DNA from: Candidatus Dojkabacteria bacterium
GTDB taxonomy: Bacteria > Patescibacteriota > Dojkabacteria > B142 > OLB20
DNA: 64,000 nucleotides
Reading direction: 5' to 3'
Assembly (NCBI GenBank): GCA_046753765.1
Contig: JBHHUN010000001.1
Span: forward strand, 12,141-76,140
Shown: positions 45,682-54,437 of the stretch, in pieces
How positions within the stretch are numbered: position 1 is the first letter of the stretch
Layout: every line of letters begins with the position of its first letter
The notes under the pieces: model-generated
What the model saw: only the letters and a program-made list of their open reading frames with translations
Told to the model about the DNA's origin: nothing
Database searches by the model: none
Position numbers and translations under genes: made by a program

Positions 45682-47754
45682 ATGGCTAAACAGCTACATA
45701 ATCTCCTTCTTGGAAAACATTTCGGGATTGAGACAACGCTAGTGGATCATAAAGACAGCGGATACAAATTAAAGAACGCCACCCTATTCAGAATTCCTCA
45801 GTACCTAACACCCAAGCATTTAGACGATTCAGAAACGATTGGGCGTGACATCATTTATGCTAACGATGCAGACACCTGGGGGACAAAACTGTCGGCCAGG
45901 TATATGATTGTACCAAACCAATCGAGCAGTGTAGAGATTTCTCAGCTTAGTCAGGTACTTGATAGAAAACTGGCGGTGATCGAGCTGACGTTTGACTACA
46001 TAAAAATAACGTCAGACTCTGACGACGTGATGATCCCCTTTGACGGTGAACAGCTCTCCCTCACGAAGAGCGTGCGAAAGTTAGCTAAGGATATGGGACT
46101 CAGTAACTCAAAATTGACATCGGCGCTAATTAACGCTCCCGTAGTTGCAACAGACGTTCTCTCAAAAGTGTTTAACGCACGGTTGCTGATGCAGATTCTG
46201 CGTTCCCAATCTATACAACTTTTAGAGTTTGAGCAGGTGATATTTACTGGTGAGATGGTCTGGAGTAGATGGGTTGATATCTCAGGGATACTTGCGATAT
46301 TTGAGCTTATCTTTGCAGGCAGAAAAGTTGAGATTCTCATTGACTTCAACGCGATTTTTCAACTTTTACTAATGTCAGAATTGAAGATAAAAGAATTGAG
46401 TCGACTGAACGGTGAGCTCCTGAAGCCTCAGGTTACGTGGATAGATGACAGGTCGCTTCTGACCAAAAATCGAAAACTGCATGAGTTGGATCTCAAGAAA
46501 AAGGGGGGAGAAAAAAAACTAATCCTTACGAAAGACAGGATCGGACTGTTTGATCTTAGAGAGAGTGGATATAAGTTAGCTGGAAGAGAAATTACGAGGT
46601 ATATCTATATCAATGTGTTCGTTAGTGTTGCTAGGCTTGTCGATAGCGCGAATACAAAAAAATACGAACAGGCATGGGTGCAACCGTTGGAATGGGATAG
46701 TCAGTATGCAAATGTAAAATATTGGCCTCTGCCAAGACTATGGGTAGATGAGTCACAACACATGTTGAGCCAAAGTGATTTCTCGAGCTACAGTCTGGAT
46801 CTCAATAAGGGAAGCAAGGTAAGCGACAATCAAGACTTTGGAAAGTATACAAGTAGTACAATGACGGTTTTCAATTACCAAAGTCATGCCGGTGAAATTA
46901 AAAGTCACTTGCAGGTTAACGATCACCAGCATGTAAAAAAGGGATCGCGGCTAACGATAGTTCCTACACTGGGAGGTGTCTGGGATAAGTACCTAACTGC
47001 GCCACACGACGGCAGAATTGATCTCAGGCTCATTGATGATGGAATAATTCTTCTTAAGGTAGATGAAGAAAAAGCTCTTAACTTCAGGTTTCCGATGCAT
47101 ATTAGTAACAAGCTGAAATCGGGTGGATTTGTTTTTAAAGCAACATCACTAAACTTCCCCCTGGCACAGTGGTCTGGCAGACAGGTCTCTGGCTATTTGG
47201 CATCTTCTGTCACAGAGGTTGATTCTGGTCAGAAGATCATAATAATGGACGATGTTTCAGAGTTTGACTTGAGCATTGAGAAGATATTTGAGAGGCAGAT
47301 CGCCGCGATTCTATTTCGCAGGTCTTCACGAAACTCATATGTAAACTTCATAAAATCCAATATCAGGCAGTTGAAGGTCTTGTCCTTTGGATTGCTAACT
47401 GGGTTTGAAGAGAAGATGGAAGCAGAGATAAAACTAAAGCTAGAAGAGTATCTGGGCGAGTTTGCTTTGATCGATAGGGGAGCACTCAGTATTCCATTAA
47501 ATGTCTCTAGATCAAAATTTGTAATGGGTAATAGTGACGACACTCGGCAGTTAAGCTTTAGTCTAAAGGATTTTACCGGTCAGCTTTGTAAGGGAGAAAC
47601 AATCAAAGTTTTTAGTTATCTTGACACAGAAGCTTATGTTAGAATAGAGAAGGTTCATTCCGACAGTGATGCACTTGGGGTTAATAGCACAGGTGCATTT
47701 GACTTTAATATCATTAATTCACAGCCCTTAATCTTAAGATATGGAACAGACTAA
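45682..47754 (+). CDS. Hypothetical protein (690 aa), no recognisable domain
   Basis: Long clean ORF with ATG start, no TM or signal peptide. It sits where rplI would be expected after rpsR. Its 3' end overlaps the ctpA start by 14 nt. No motif I can assign. Confidence 0.5.
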   Translation: MAKQLHNLLLGKHFGIETTLVDHKDSGYKLKNATLFRIPQYLTPKHLDDSETIGRDIIYANDADTWGTKLSARYMIVPNQSSSVEISQLSQVLDRKLAVIELTFDYIKITSDSDDVMIPFDGEQLSLTKSVRKLAKDMGLSNSKLTSALINAPVVATDVLSKVFNARLLMQILRSQSIQLLEFEQVIFTGEMVWSRWVDISGILAIFELIFAGRKVEILIDFNAIFQLLLMSELKIKELSRLNGELLKPQVTWIDDRSLLTKNRKLHELDLKKKGGEKKLILTKDRIGLFDLRESGYKLAGREITRYIYINVFVSVARLVDSANTKKYEQAWVQPLEWDSQYANVKYWPLPRLWVDESQHMLSQSDFSSYSLDLNKGSKVSDNQDFGKYTSSTMTVFNYQSHAGEIKSHLQVNDHQHVKKGSRLTIVPTLGGVWDKYLTAPHDGRIDLRLIDDGIILLKVDEEKALNFRFPMHISNKLKSGGFVFKATSLNFPLAQWSGRQVSGYLASSVTEVDSGQKIIIMDDVSEFDLSIEKIFERQIAAILFRRSSRNSYVNFIKSNIRQLKVLSFGLLTGFEEKMEAEIKLKLEEYLGEFALIDRGALSIPLNVSRSKFVMGNSDDTRQLSFSLKDFTGQLCKGETIKVFSYLDTEAYVRIEKVHSDSDALGVNSTGAFDFNIINSQPLILRYGTD

Positions 47755-48967
47755 CAGCCCCAAAACAGCCACAAGAGTACTACTTATATTTATCGGCTTG
47801 GTAATATTTTTTGTGGTTGGGTTTTACCTCGGGAGGGTTGATTTAAACAATGCTGTGGCGGGTGGCCCCGAAGTGGATGGATATACGATTAGTGGTGAGC
47901 TAAAAGAGACCAGGGACAACGTCAACGTTAACCTCCTGTGGGAGGTCTGGTCACTTCTTGAGAGGGAGTACATTGAAAAGACAATCGTTGGTCAAGAGCT
48001 TCTGTATGGCTCAGTCAGGGGGTTAGTTTCAGGGCTAAACGACCCATACACAGCTTTCTTAACCCCAACGGAAACAAATGACTACTTCAGCGCGAACAAA
48101 GGTGAGTTTGAAGGTATTGGAACAACACTTCGTCAGGATGGTGAATTCGTCGCTGTCGAAAGCCCTATTGATGGTGCTCCAGCACAAAAAGCTGGGCTTG
48201 AACCGGGGGACCTGATTCTTGAGGTAGATGGTGAGGATATGCAGGGGATATCAGTATTCGAGGTGGCTGCGACTATCCGTGGAGAAGCAGGTACAGATGT
48301 AACGCTTTCGATCTTTCGACCGAAGAACAGTGAGCAATTTGATGTCACAATAAACAGGGCAAAGATCGATATTGATAATATTTCACTTGAACATCTTGAG
48401 GACGATCTTTACAAAGTTAAAATCTTTAAGTTTACAGAAGAATCTGTTCAGGCCTTCAATAACCAATGGGATGATGTCGTTTCACAGATAGAGAAAAAAA
48501 ACGCTAAAGCATTGGTCATTGACCTTCGCAATAATCCAGGTGGATTTGTAAACTCCGTTGAGTATGTACTTGGTGACTTCCTTAAAAAAGGTACACTGAT
48601 ATTCAGTGAAGAGGATAGAAATAGTAAAAAAGTTGAGCACAGAGTCGATAGAAATGGGAGACTCACAGATATGCCAATAGTTGTGATTGTTAACCAAGGA
48701 AGTGCATCTGCCTCAGAGATCTTTGCCGGCGCTCTCCAAGACCATAAGAGAGCCGAAGTGATTGGTACAGAGACTGTTGGAAAAGGCGTAGAGCAGCGCC
48801 TCATCACATTAAGTGATGGTTCAACACTACAGTTGGTATTTCAGAAGTGGCTTACACCAAGTGGGAAAAATATAAGTGAAGATGATCCTATTATGCCTGA
48901 CGAGGAAGTTAAGGAGTATCAGGAACAGGAGGATAAAGCGCTCGAGAAAATTAAATCACTATTATAA
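47741..48967 (+). CDS. ctpA: Carboxy-terminal processing protease (S41, Ctp/Prc) with PDZ
   Basis: N-terminal TM. PDZ (GLEPGDLILEVDGEDMQG). S41 motifs (DLRNNPGGFVNSV; GSASASEIFAGALQDHKRA). Confidence 0.85.
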   Translation: MEQTNSPKTATRVLLIFIGLVIFFVVGFYLGRVDLNNAVAGGPEVDGYTISGELKETRDNVNVNLLWEVWSLLEREYIEKTIVGQELLYGSVRGLVSGLNDPYTAFLTPTETNDYFSANKGEFEGIGTTLRQDGEFVAVESPIDGAPAQKAGLEPGDLILEVDGEDMQGISVFEVAATIRGEAGTDVTLSIFRPKNSEQFDVTINRAKIDIDNISLEHLEDDLYKVKIFKFTEESVQAFNNQWDDVVSQIEKKNAKALVIDLRNNPGGFVNSVEYVLGDFLKKGTLIFSEEDRNSKKVEHRVDRNGRLTDMPIVVIVNQGSASASEIFAGALQDHKRAEVIGTETVGKGVEQRLITLSDGSTLQLVFQKWLTPSGKNISEDDPIMPDEEVKEYQEQEDKALEKIKSLL

Positions 48968-48985
48968 TTTGAGTGTAGACTATCA

Positions 48986-50218
48986 ATGAACGAAGCGAAC
49001 AAGATTAAAACCGATAAGGCAGAAGATTCCAAAAAAAAGAGGAAAGGGCTTGGATTTAAGAGAAAGCTAACCTGCTCAGTGGTGGTGTTATTCATCGTTA
49101 CAATCTGTTTCTCAGTGTTTGGAATACTTTGGTATGGCGGATTCATCAGGCAGTTCACCTGTGACAGGGTGGTCGCTGGTTCACAGATTCACACTTCATT
49201 CGATTGTGATTTAAGCTCTTCGAATGATGATCAAAGTAGATCTGAGTACGTTACCAAACAACTTGAACCGAGGGACGATATCGTTGTTTCCGATCTTGAA
49301 GAGGTTATTACGAAAGTATTTAATGAAGCAAGTCCTGCTGTCGTGGGAATTGGAATCAAAGGCAATGACTTTGGTGCCGATCAGGTGATAGGTACTGGCT
49401 TCTTGGTCACCGAGAACGGTCTGATAGTAACAAATCGGCATGTTGTCGAATCAACCAAAGAAGACTACTTTGTCAACCTCAAGGACAGTGAAGAGAGTAT
49501 TTCCGTAACTGAGATATTCCGCGATCCAGTGAATGATCTGGCTCTTATTAGAATCGAAAAGGATGAGCTTTCTTCCCTTCCGCTCGGAGATTCCGATAAC
49601 CTTATGCAGGGCCAGACAGTAATTGCAATTGGCAACCCTCTAGGAAAGTACTCGGGAACTGTAACTTCGGGTATCATTAGCGGTCTTAACCGTGAGGTTG
49701 ACATCAGTGAGGGATTTTTTTCAAGCGCCTTCGAGACCTATGAAGATGTCATTCAGACTGACGCCGCTATCAACCCCGGAAATTCAGGCGGTCCACTGCT
49801 AAATTCGAACGGCGAGGTCATCGGAATTAACTTTGCGACTGTCTCGGGCGCAGACAATCTTTCTTTTGCCATTCCAATTAACAGAATTAAAAGCAGGATA
49901 TCCGAGTTGAATGAACATGGGCGGTTCAGGATACCGTTTGTAGGCGTTGAATACCGTATGCGGATAGTCTTCCTTGATAATACCTCAACTATTGGTGCAG
50001 AAGTCAGCAGGGTGCTGAAGGGAGAGTCGGCCGACAAGGCAGGGCTAAAGCGTGGTGATATTATCGTTGAGTTCAATGGATCTGATCTTGAAGACGAGAG
50101 TTTGTTCTCACTCATTCAAAAAACTGAGATCGGTGATGAGGTAGATCTGGTTATCCTGCGAGCAGGAAAAACCTTCAATGCAACGCTTAAAATTGGGGAG
50201 AGGGGTTCTGATTTTTAA
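48986..50218 (+). CDS. htrA: HtrA/DegP-family serine protease with C-terminal PDZ
   Basis: Catalytic triad contexts (TNRHVV; DLALIRI; GNSGGPLLN). PDZ (GLKRGDIIVEFNG). N-terminal TM anchor. Confidence 0.85.
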   Translation: MNEANKIKTDKAEDSKKKRKGLGFKRKLTCSVVVLFIVTICFSVFGILWYGGFIRQFTCDRVVAGSQIHTSFDCDLSSSNDDQSRSEYVTKQLEPRDDIVVSDLEEVITKVFNEASPAVVGIGIKGNDFGADQVIGTGFLVTENGLIVTNRHVVESTKEDYFVNLKDSEESISVTEIFRDPVNDLALIRIEKDELSSLPLGDSDNLMQGQTVIAIGNPLGKYSGTVTSGIISGLNREVDISEGFFSSAFETYEDVIQTDAAINPGNSGGPLLNSNGEVIGINFATVSGADNLSFAIPINRIKSRISELNEHGRFRIPFVGVEYRMRIVFLDNTSTIGAEVSRVLKGESADKAGLKRGDIIVEFNGSDLEDESLFSLIQKTEIGDEVDLVILRAGKTFNATLKIGERGSDF

Positions 50219-51105
50219 GGCTTTGTGATCTCGAAGACCCTGTCATGGCCGGCAAGATCTTTGTGTAGTGACAGATTAAGTTTTAAGTCAGGTATATTGT
50301 TCGCCAGGGCTTTTATCCGCTCTTCAGTCTCTTGAGCTAAAGTGCTATGTATCTCAGCTAAAGCAATCCCTCCCATTGCAAGATTCTTGCTGAGTATTCT
50401 TATTAGCAGGGGAAAGTACTTTAGTCCGTCTTCTCCGCCGTCTAGAGCAGCTACAGGCTCATATTTACGCACTGTTACACTTAGGTCTGGCAATTCGTCT
50501 GTGGGTATATAGGGAAGATTGGCCGTGATTATGTCATACTGATTGTTTGTTTGAAAATCATTAATATCTTCCTGGATAAATCGTACCTGCCCTGAAACAC
50601 TTTGAGTGTTTACGTTTCTCTTGGCAACAGAGATTGCTCCTGTGGATACATCAACTGCGTCAAAAATGGTCTTTTTGGGAGAGGACTTCGCGATGCTAAT
50701 GGGGATATTACCGCTTCCAGTAGCAAGATCCAACCCGAAGAGCTGTTCTTTGTTGCTGCTCTCAATATGTTTCAAGGCAAGCTCAACTACTAATTCAGTT
50801 TCCGGCCTCGGGATCAGTGTGTCCCTGTTGACCTCGAATTTAAGTCCCCAGAATTCTTTTGAGCCTTCAATGTATGCAAGTGGCTCTCCGTGGGTACGTC
50901 TAGTGATGAGTTTCTTGAGTCCGGAGAGCTGGTCCTCAGTAAGTACTTCTTCGCCATGGGCGATGATATATTCTCGTGGTCGCCTCAGCAAGTGAGATAT
51001 CAGCAGCTCAGCATCCAGTTGCGGACTTTCGCTTTGTTTCAATTGGGAGACGGTTACTCGTAATGCTTCCCCGATTGTACTTGCTGTTGTGTTCTCGGGT
51101 CTCAT
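50215..51105 (-). CDS. prmC: Release-factor glutamine N5-methyltransferase PrmC/HemK
   Basis: SAM-binding motif (LDLATGSGNIPIS). The motif IV position reads NLPY (ITANLPYIP) instead of NPPY. It lies immediately downstream of prfA, with a 4-nt overlap. Confidence 0.8.
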   Translation of the reverse strand: MRPENTTASTIGEALRVTVSQLKQSESPQLDAELLISHLLRRPREYIIAHGEEVLTEDQLSGLKKLITRRTHGEPLAYIEGSKEFWGLKFEVNRDTLIPRPETELVVELALKHIESSNKEQLFGLDLATGSGNIPISIAKSSPKKTIFDAVDVSTGAISVAKRNVNTQSVSGQVRFIQEDINDFQTNNQYDIITANLPYIPTDELPDLSVTVRKYEPVAALDGGEDGLKYFPLLIRILSKNLAMGGIALAEIHSTLAQETEERIKALANNIPDLKLNLSLHKDLAGHDRVFEITKP

Positions 51106-52151
51106 TGTGCCTTGATGAGCTCTTCACTTGTTGCTGTAATCACATCTTCAAGGTCTCCATCCAGTATTCCGCTCAAATTATGCCAGCTTTTTTTGATTCT
51201 GTGGTCTGTAACTCTGCTCTGTGGAAAGTTATATGTTCGTATCTTCGCAGAGCGATCCCCACCACGAATGGCGGATTGTCGTTGATCCCTTTCCTCATCC
51301 ATCTGTTTTTGTGTCTCGAGGTCGTAAAGTCTGCTTTTTAAAACCTTTAGCGCCTTAGTCCTGTTTTTTAGCTGGGACTTTTCATCCTGGCACGTGACAA
51401 CGATTCCCGTTGGAACGTGTGTCATCCTCACGGCTGAGTCAGTAGTATTCACACTTTGCCCACCAGGCCCGCTGGAACGGTAAACATCAACTTTCAGATC
51501 CTCATCTTTAACCTCAATCTCAACATCATCTACCTCGGGCATTACAACTACTGAGGCAGCTGAGGTATGGATCCTCCCTGATGATTCTGTAGCAGGGACT
51601 CGTTGTACACGGTGCACTCCGCTTTCATACTTAAGCTTTCCATAGACACTTTCACCTCTCACAAAGAAGATAATCTCTTTGAATCCGCCTGTATCCGATG
51701 GAGCGTCACTTATAAGTTCGATCTTCCAATTCATCTTTTCTGCAAAACGACTATACATTCTGAAAAGCTCAGCGGCAAACAGTGCTGCCTCTTCACCACC
51801 GGCACCTGCTCTGATCTCAACTATACTATCGCGGATATCATTGGGGTCAGTTACTCTTGTAAGTTCTGTGAAATCACTGTGAAGATTATTTAGGGTCGCT
51901 TCGTTTTGAGCGAGTTCGTCGGCATAGAAAGCCAGAAGCTCCTGGGATTTTTCGTCTTTTATTAACTGCGTTGTTTCCTTTATCTCTCTATTCAGGTCTG
52001 TGATTTCTTGTGCAAGTGCGTACCTGTCGGCTAGTGCAGCGCGTTCGCGTGACAGCTTCTGAAGCAGGGCAGAATTGCTCACTACCTTCGGGTCCGACAA
52101 CATTTTTGTTAGTTCATCGTACCTGGTTACTGTTTCGGCAATTGTGTCCAT
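51102..52151 (-). CDS. prfA: Peptide chain release factor 1
   Basis: GGQ motif (GPGGQSVNTTDSAVRMTH). PxT-type tripeptide region (PATESSGRIHTSAASV). 349 aa. Confidence 0.9.
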   Translation of the reverse strand: MDTIAETVTRYDELTKMLSDPKVVSNSALLQKLSRERAALADRYALAQEITDLNREIKETTQLIKDEKSQELLAFYADELAQNEATLNNLHSDFTELTRVTDPNDIRDSIVEIRAGAGGEEAALFAAELFRMYSRFAEKMNWKIELISDAPSDTGGFKEIIFFVRGESVYGKLKYESGVHRVQRVPATESSGRIHTSAASVVVMPEVDDVEIEVKDEDLKVDVYRSSGPGGQSVNTTDSAVRMTHVPTGIVVTCQDEKSQLKNRTKALKVLKSRLYDLETQKQMDEERDQRQSAIRGGDRSAKIRTYNFPQSRVTDHRIKKSWHNLSGILDGDLEDVITATSEELIKAQ

Positions 52152-52199
52152 GAGAGATATCGCACCTTTATTAGTGCAATTGTAACAATTAGAGGTGGG

Positions 52200-52526
52200 T
52201 TATTGAAGCTGCTTGAGCATGTCGCGCAGAGTGAGGTTTTTGCTGCCATCGACTTTTTTCACTTTACCCTTGTTCCTGCGTTTCTTCGCCTTTTCGCGTT
52301 TGCTGACACGCTTTGTGCCAGAAGCAGACTTACGTTTCTTTTCGAATTTCTTTACCAAGTTTTCAGTGTCAACGATCCTGTGTTTGCCTGTGTAGAAGGG
52401 ATGTGAGGTACTAGTCACCTCAACGGTGATCTCTTCTTTTGTGCTGGCCAGGTTGAAACTCTTCCCAGTGGAAAGATCTGTTACTTTGGCGTTTGTATGT
52501 GTTGTTGGGTGGATTCCTTTTTTCAC
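52200..52526 (-). CDS. rpmE: 50S ribosomal protein L31 (non-zinc type) with a Lys-rich C-terminal extension
   Basis: MKKGIHPTTHT...HPFYTGK matches L31. No CxxC motifs. About 45 extra K/R-rich residues at the C-terminus. Confidence 0.75.
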   Translation of the reverse strand: MKKGIHPTTHTNAKVTDLSTGKSFNLASTKEEITVEVTSTSHPFYTGKHRIVDTENLVKKFEKKRKSASGTKRVSKREKAKKRRNKGKVKKVDGSKNLTLRDMLKQLQ

Positions 52527-52656
52527 AAAATATTTGTCCCAAGTTAATCAGGTAGATGCAATTATAGCAGCTAAAACACCTTCCCGGCAAGCTCACATTC
52601 TTGACTATACGTCCTTTTTTATGTAGTTTGAGTGTACATTTAAAGATAAATCTGCC

Positions 52657-53781
52657 ATGGCAAAAAAAGCCCCAAAAAGTAAGAAAACTAGCAAAAGAAA
52701 ATCTAGTAAAGCAAAAAAGTCAGAGAAAGAGACAGTAAAAAGGTCGGCAGAGAAAGATAAAGCAGAAAACTCAGATAAGTTTGTTCCTACGTTTCTTGGT
52801 GGTGCCAAGTCAAAAGCAGCCGCTAAGGCCAAGAAGGTGGAAGAGGTGGAAGAGGATGTTGTCGAAGAAGCCCCTGCCGAAGAAGAAGCCCCTGCTGAAG
52901 TTTCTGAGGAGAGTGAAGTAATAGGGAAAGAAACCGAAACAAATGCAGAGCCAGAAGATCAACCAGCAGGAAGCAGATTCAGTTCTCTTATGCGGGCAAA
53001 AGGTGAGGCAGACGAGGGTGCGATCGGTGGAGATGAGGAGGAAGACAAGGGGGAGAAAAAAAGCAAGAAGAGTTTCTATATCGTTGTTGGAGTATCACTT
53101 GTTTTAATAGTAATTGCTTTTGCCTATTTGCTTATTTCCCGGAATAATCAAACTTCAGAAGTAACACCAACGGATGATCAGATGACGACCGACACAACTG
53201 AGGTCGAACTTGTTCGGAGTACAGTCGATCTGTTGGCAGAGGTTGCTGAGCTCCCCAATGAGATCCCACTTGTTGCAACTATCAACGATTTGGAACAGTT
53301 TAAAGAAGTCGATGCAGCTTTTTATGCGAAAGCCTATATTGGTTATAAGGTTATCATATATCAAGAGTCAAATATGGTTTTTCTGTTCAATGAGACTACC
53401 AATAAGGTTGTAAATATCGGGACGCTAAGTCAGGTGCCGTCAATAGATGAGATTGAACTCGAAGAAACAACTGGCACGGTTGATGAGATTTCCGGACTAA
53501 CAATCTTGATTTTGAATGGAACAACAGCTCCTGGTATAACCCTCGGCTATCAAGGGGAGATAGAAGATCTTAGTGGCGATTACACTGTCACCGACAGGGC
53601 CACAGCTGAGATCCTTGGGTATGCTGAAACAAAGCTGTATGACCTCACAGATGGTACAAAAGAAAACAATATTAAAACTCTTGCAGATGCTCTTGGGATT
53701 GAAGTGGTCGAAGGTCTACCTAATGCCGAACTAGAATCAGATACGGATGTCGTGATAATCTTGGGAGAAGACAGGATTTAG
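52657..53781 (+). CDS. Membrane protein with K/E-rich N-terminal tail, one copy of the shared roughly 55-aa repeat and a C-terminal LytR_C-like domain
   Basis: The N-terminal 130 aa are Lys/Glu/Ala-rich and of low complexity. TM helix (FYIVVGVSLVLIVIAFAYLLI). Repeat: LVATINDLEQFKEVDAAFYAKAYIGYKVIIYQESNMVFLFNETTNKVVNIG. The C-terminus LTILILNGTTAPGIT...TKLYD...TDVVIILGED resembles the LytR_C pattern (V.VLNGtg..G.A......v.vvLG.D). Confidence 0.55.
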   Translation: MAKKAPKSKKTSKRKSSKAKKSEKETVKRSAEKDKAENSDKFVPTFLGGAKSKAAAKAKKVEEVEEDVVEEAPAEEEAPAEVSEESEVIGKETETNAEPEDQPAGSRFSSLMRAKGEADEGAIGGDEEEDKGEKKSKKSFYIVVGVSLVLIVIAFAYLLISRNNQTSEVTPTDDQMTTDTTEVELVRSTVDLLAEVAELPNEIPLVATINDLEQFKEVDAAFYAKAYIGYKVIIYQESNMVFLFNETTNKVVNIGTLSQVPSIDEIELEETTGTVDEISGLTILILNGTTAPGITLGYQGEIEDLSGDYTVTDRATAEILGYAETKLYDLTDGTKENNIKTLADALGIEVVEGLPNAELESDTDVVIILGEDRI

Positions 53782-53875
53782 TTTTCAACTGCCCTCAAAT
53801 ACTGCCATCTTGCTTTTAACGCCCATCAAGAATCGGGTATAATATCAAACCTCGTTAATTTATTAATTGATTTAG

Positions 53876-54433
53876 ATGGTTTTACGCAATGTAAAAGGAA
53901 ACCTAGTCCTTGAAGGTAAGGACGTTAAGGTGTTAGTAGCTACAGCCAAGGGCAAGGATGCCGGAGGCAAGGTTGAACCTGACATCATACTGTCAAACAG
54001 AGATGATTTACAGCCTACGGAGGGCCAGAGTTTAATAGATTCCGCTGGTGAATATGAGATTAAAGATGTTTTTGTTTATGCATTAAGTACAAATGGAGAT
54101 AAATTAGTAGATCTGTTCAGCATCGACCTTGAGAATATAAAGATAGTATATGTTGATGAGCAGACCCGCCAGATAGGAAAGAAGGTGCTTGACCAGGTAG
54201 GTATAGCGAATATTGTAGTGATCGATATGGAAAACAGTAGTCTCGAAGAGAAGGTGAATGTTATCCGTGTGCTCGATCCTGAGTATCTAATACCTCTTGG
54301 TTCGCAAGAAGTGATTAAAAAGCTGGCCAAGCAGTTGGAGCTTGAAATTCCTGATACAGAGAAGAAATTCAAGATCAGGAGTTCAGAATTGAGCGAAGAA
54401 GATTATGGGCTGAAGCTGGTACTATTGCAATAA
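53876..54433 (+). CDS. Hypothetical protein (185 aa), histidine-free, weak resemblance to a degenerate MBL-fold
   Basis: ORF with ATG start directly upstream of dnaB, in the position rplI usually occupies. No L9 signature. The pattern KVLVATAKG...PDIIL / GEYEIKDVFV loosely recalls small MBL-fold hydrolases, but the protein contains no His at all. Confidence 0.4.
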   Translation: MVLRNVKGNLVLEGKDVKVLVATAKGKDAGGKVEPDIILSNRDDLQPTEGQSLIDSAGEYEIKDVFVYALSTNGDKLVDLFSIDLENIKIVYVDEQTRQIGKKVLDQVGIANIVVIDMENSSLEEKVNVIRVLDPEYLIPLGSQEVIKKLAKQLELEIPDTEKKFKIRSSELSEEDYGLKLVLLQ

Positions 54434-54437
54434 TATA

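Noticed and set aside
51102-52151. Checked for a programmed +1 frameshift site as in prfB.
   Set aside because: The protein has the RF1-type PAT tripeptide region and a single uninterrupted ORF with its own start. It is RF1 (prfA), which has no frameshift.
53810-53843. TTGCTT ... TATAAT upstream of 53876 as a promoter.
   Set aside because: The spacer between the hexamers is 22 nt, too long for a sigma70-type promoter. Only the -10-like TATAAT (53838-53843) is credible, so it is not reported as a feature.
53876-54433. Considered calling this ORF ribosomal protein L9 (rplI) because of its position between the rpsR region and dnaB.
   Set aside because: There is no L9 N-domain signature (no ...GYARNFL... 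/ Gly-rich loop). The sequence is unrelated. Positional evidence alone is insufficient.
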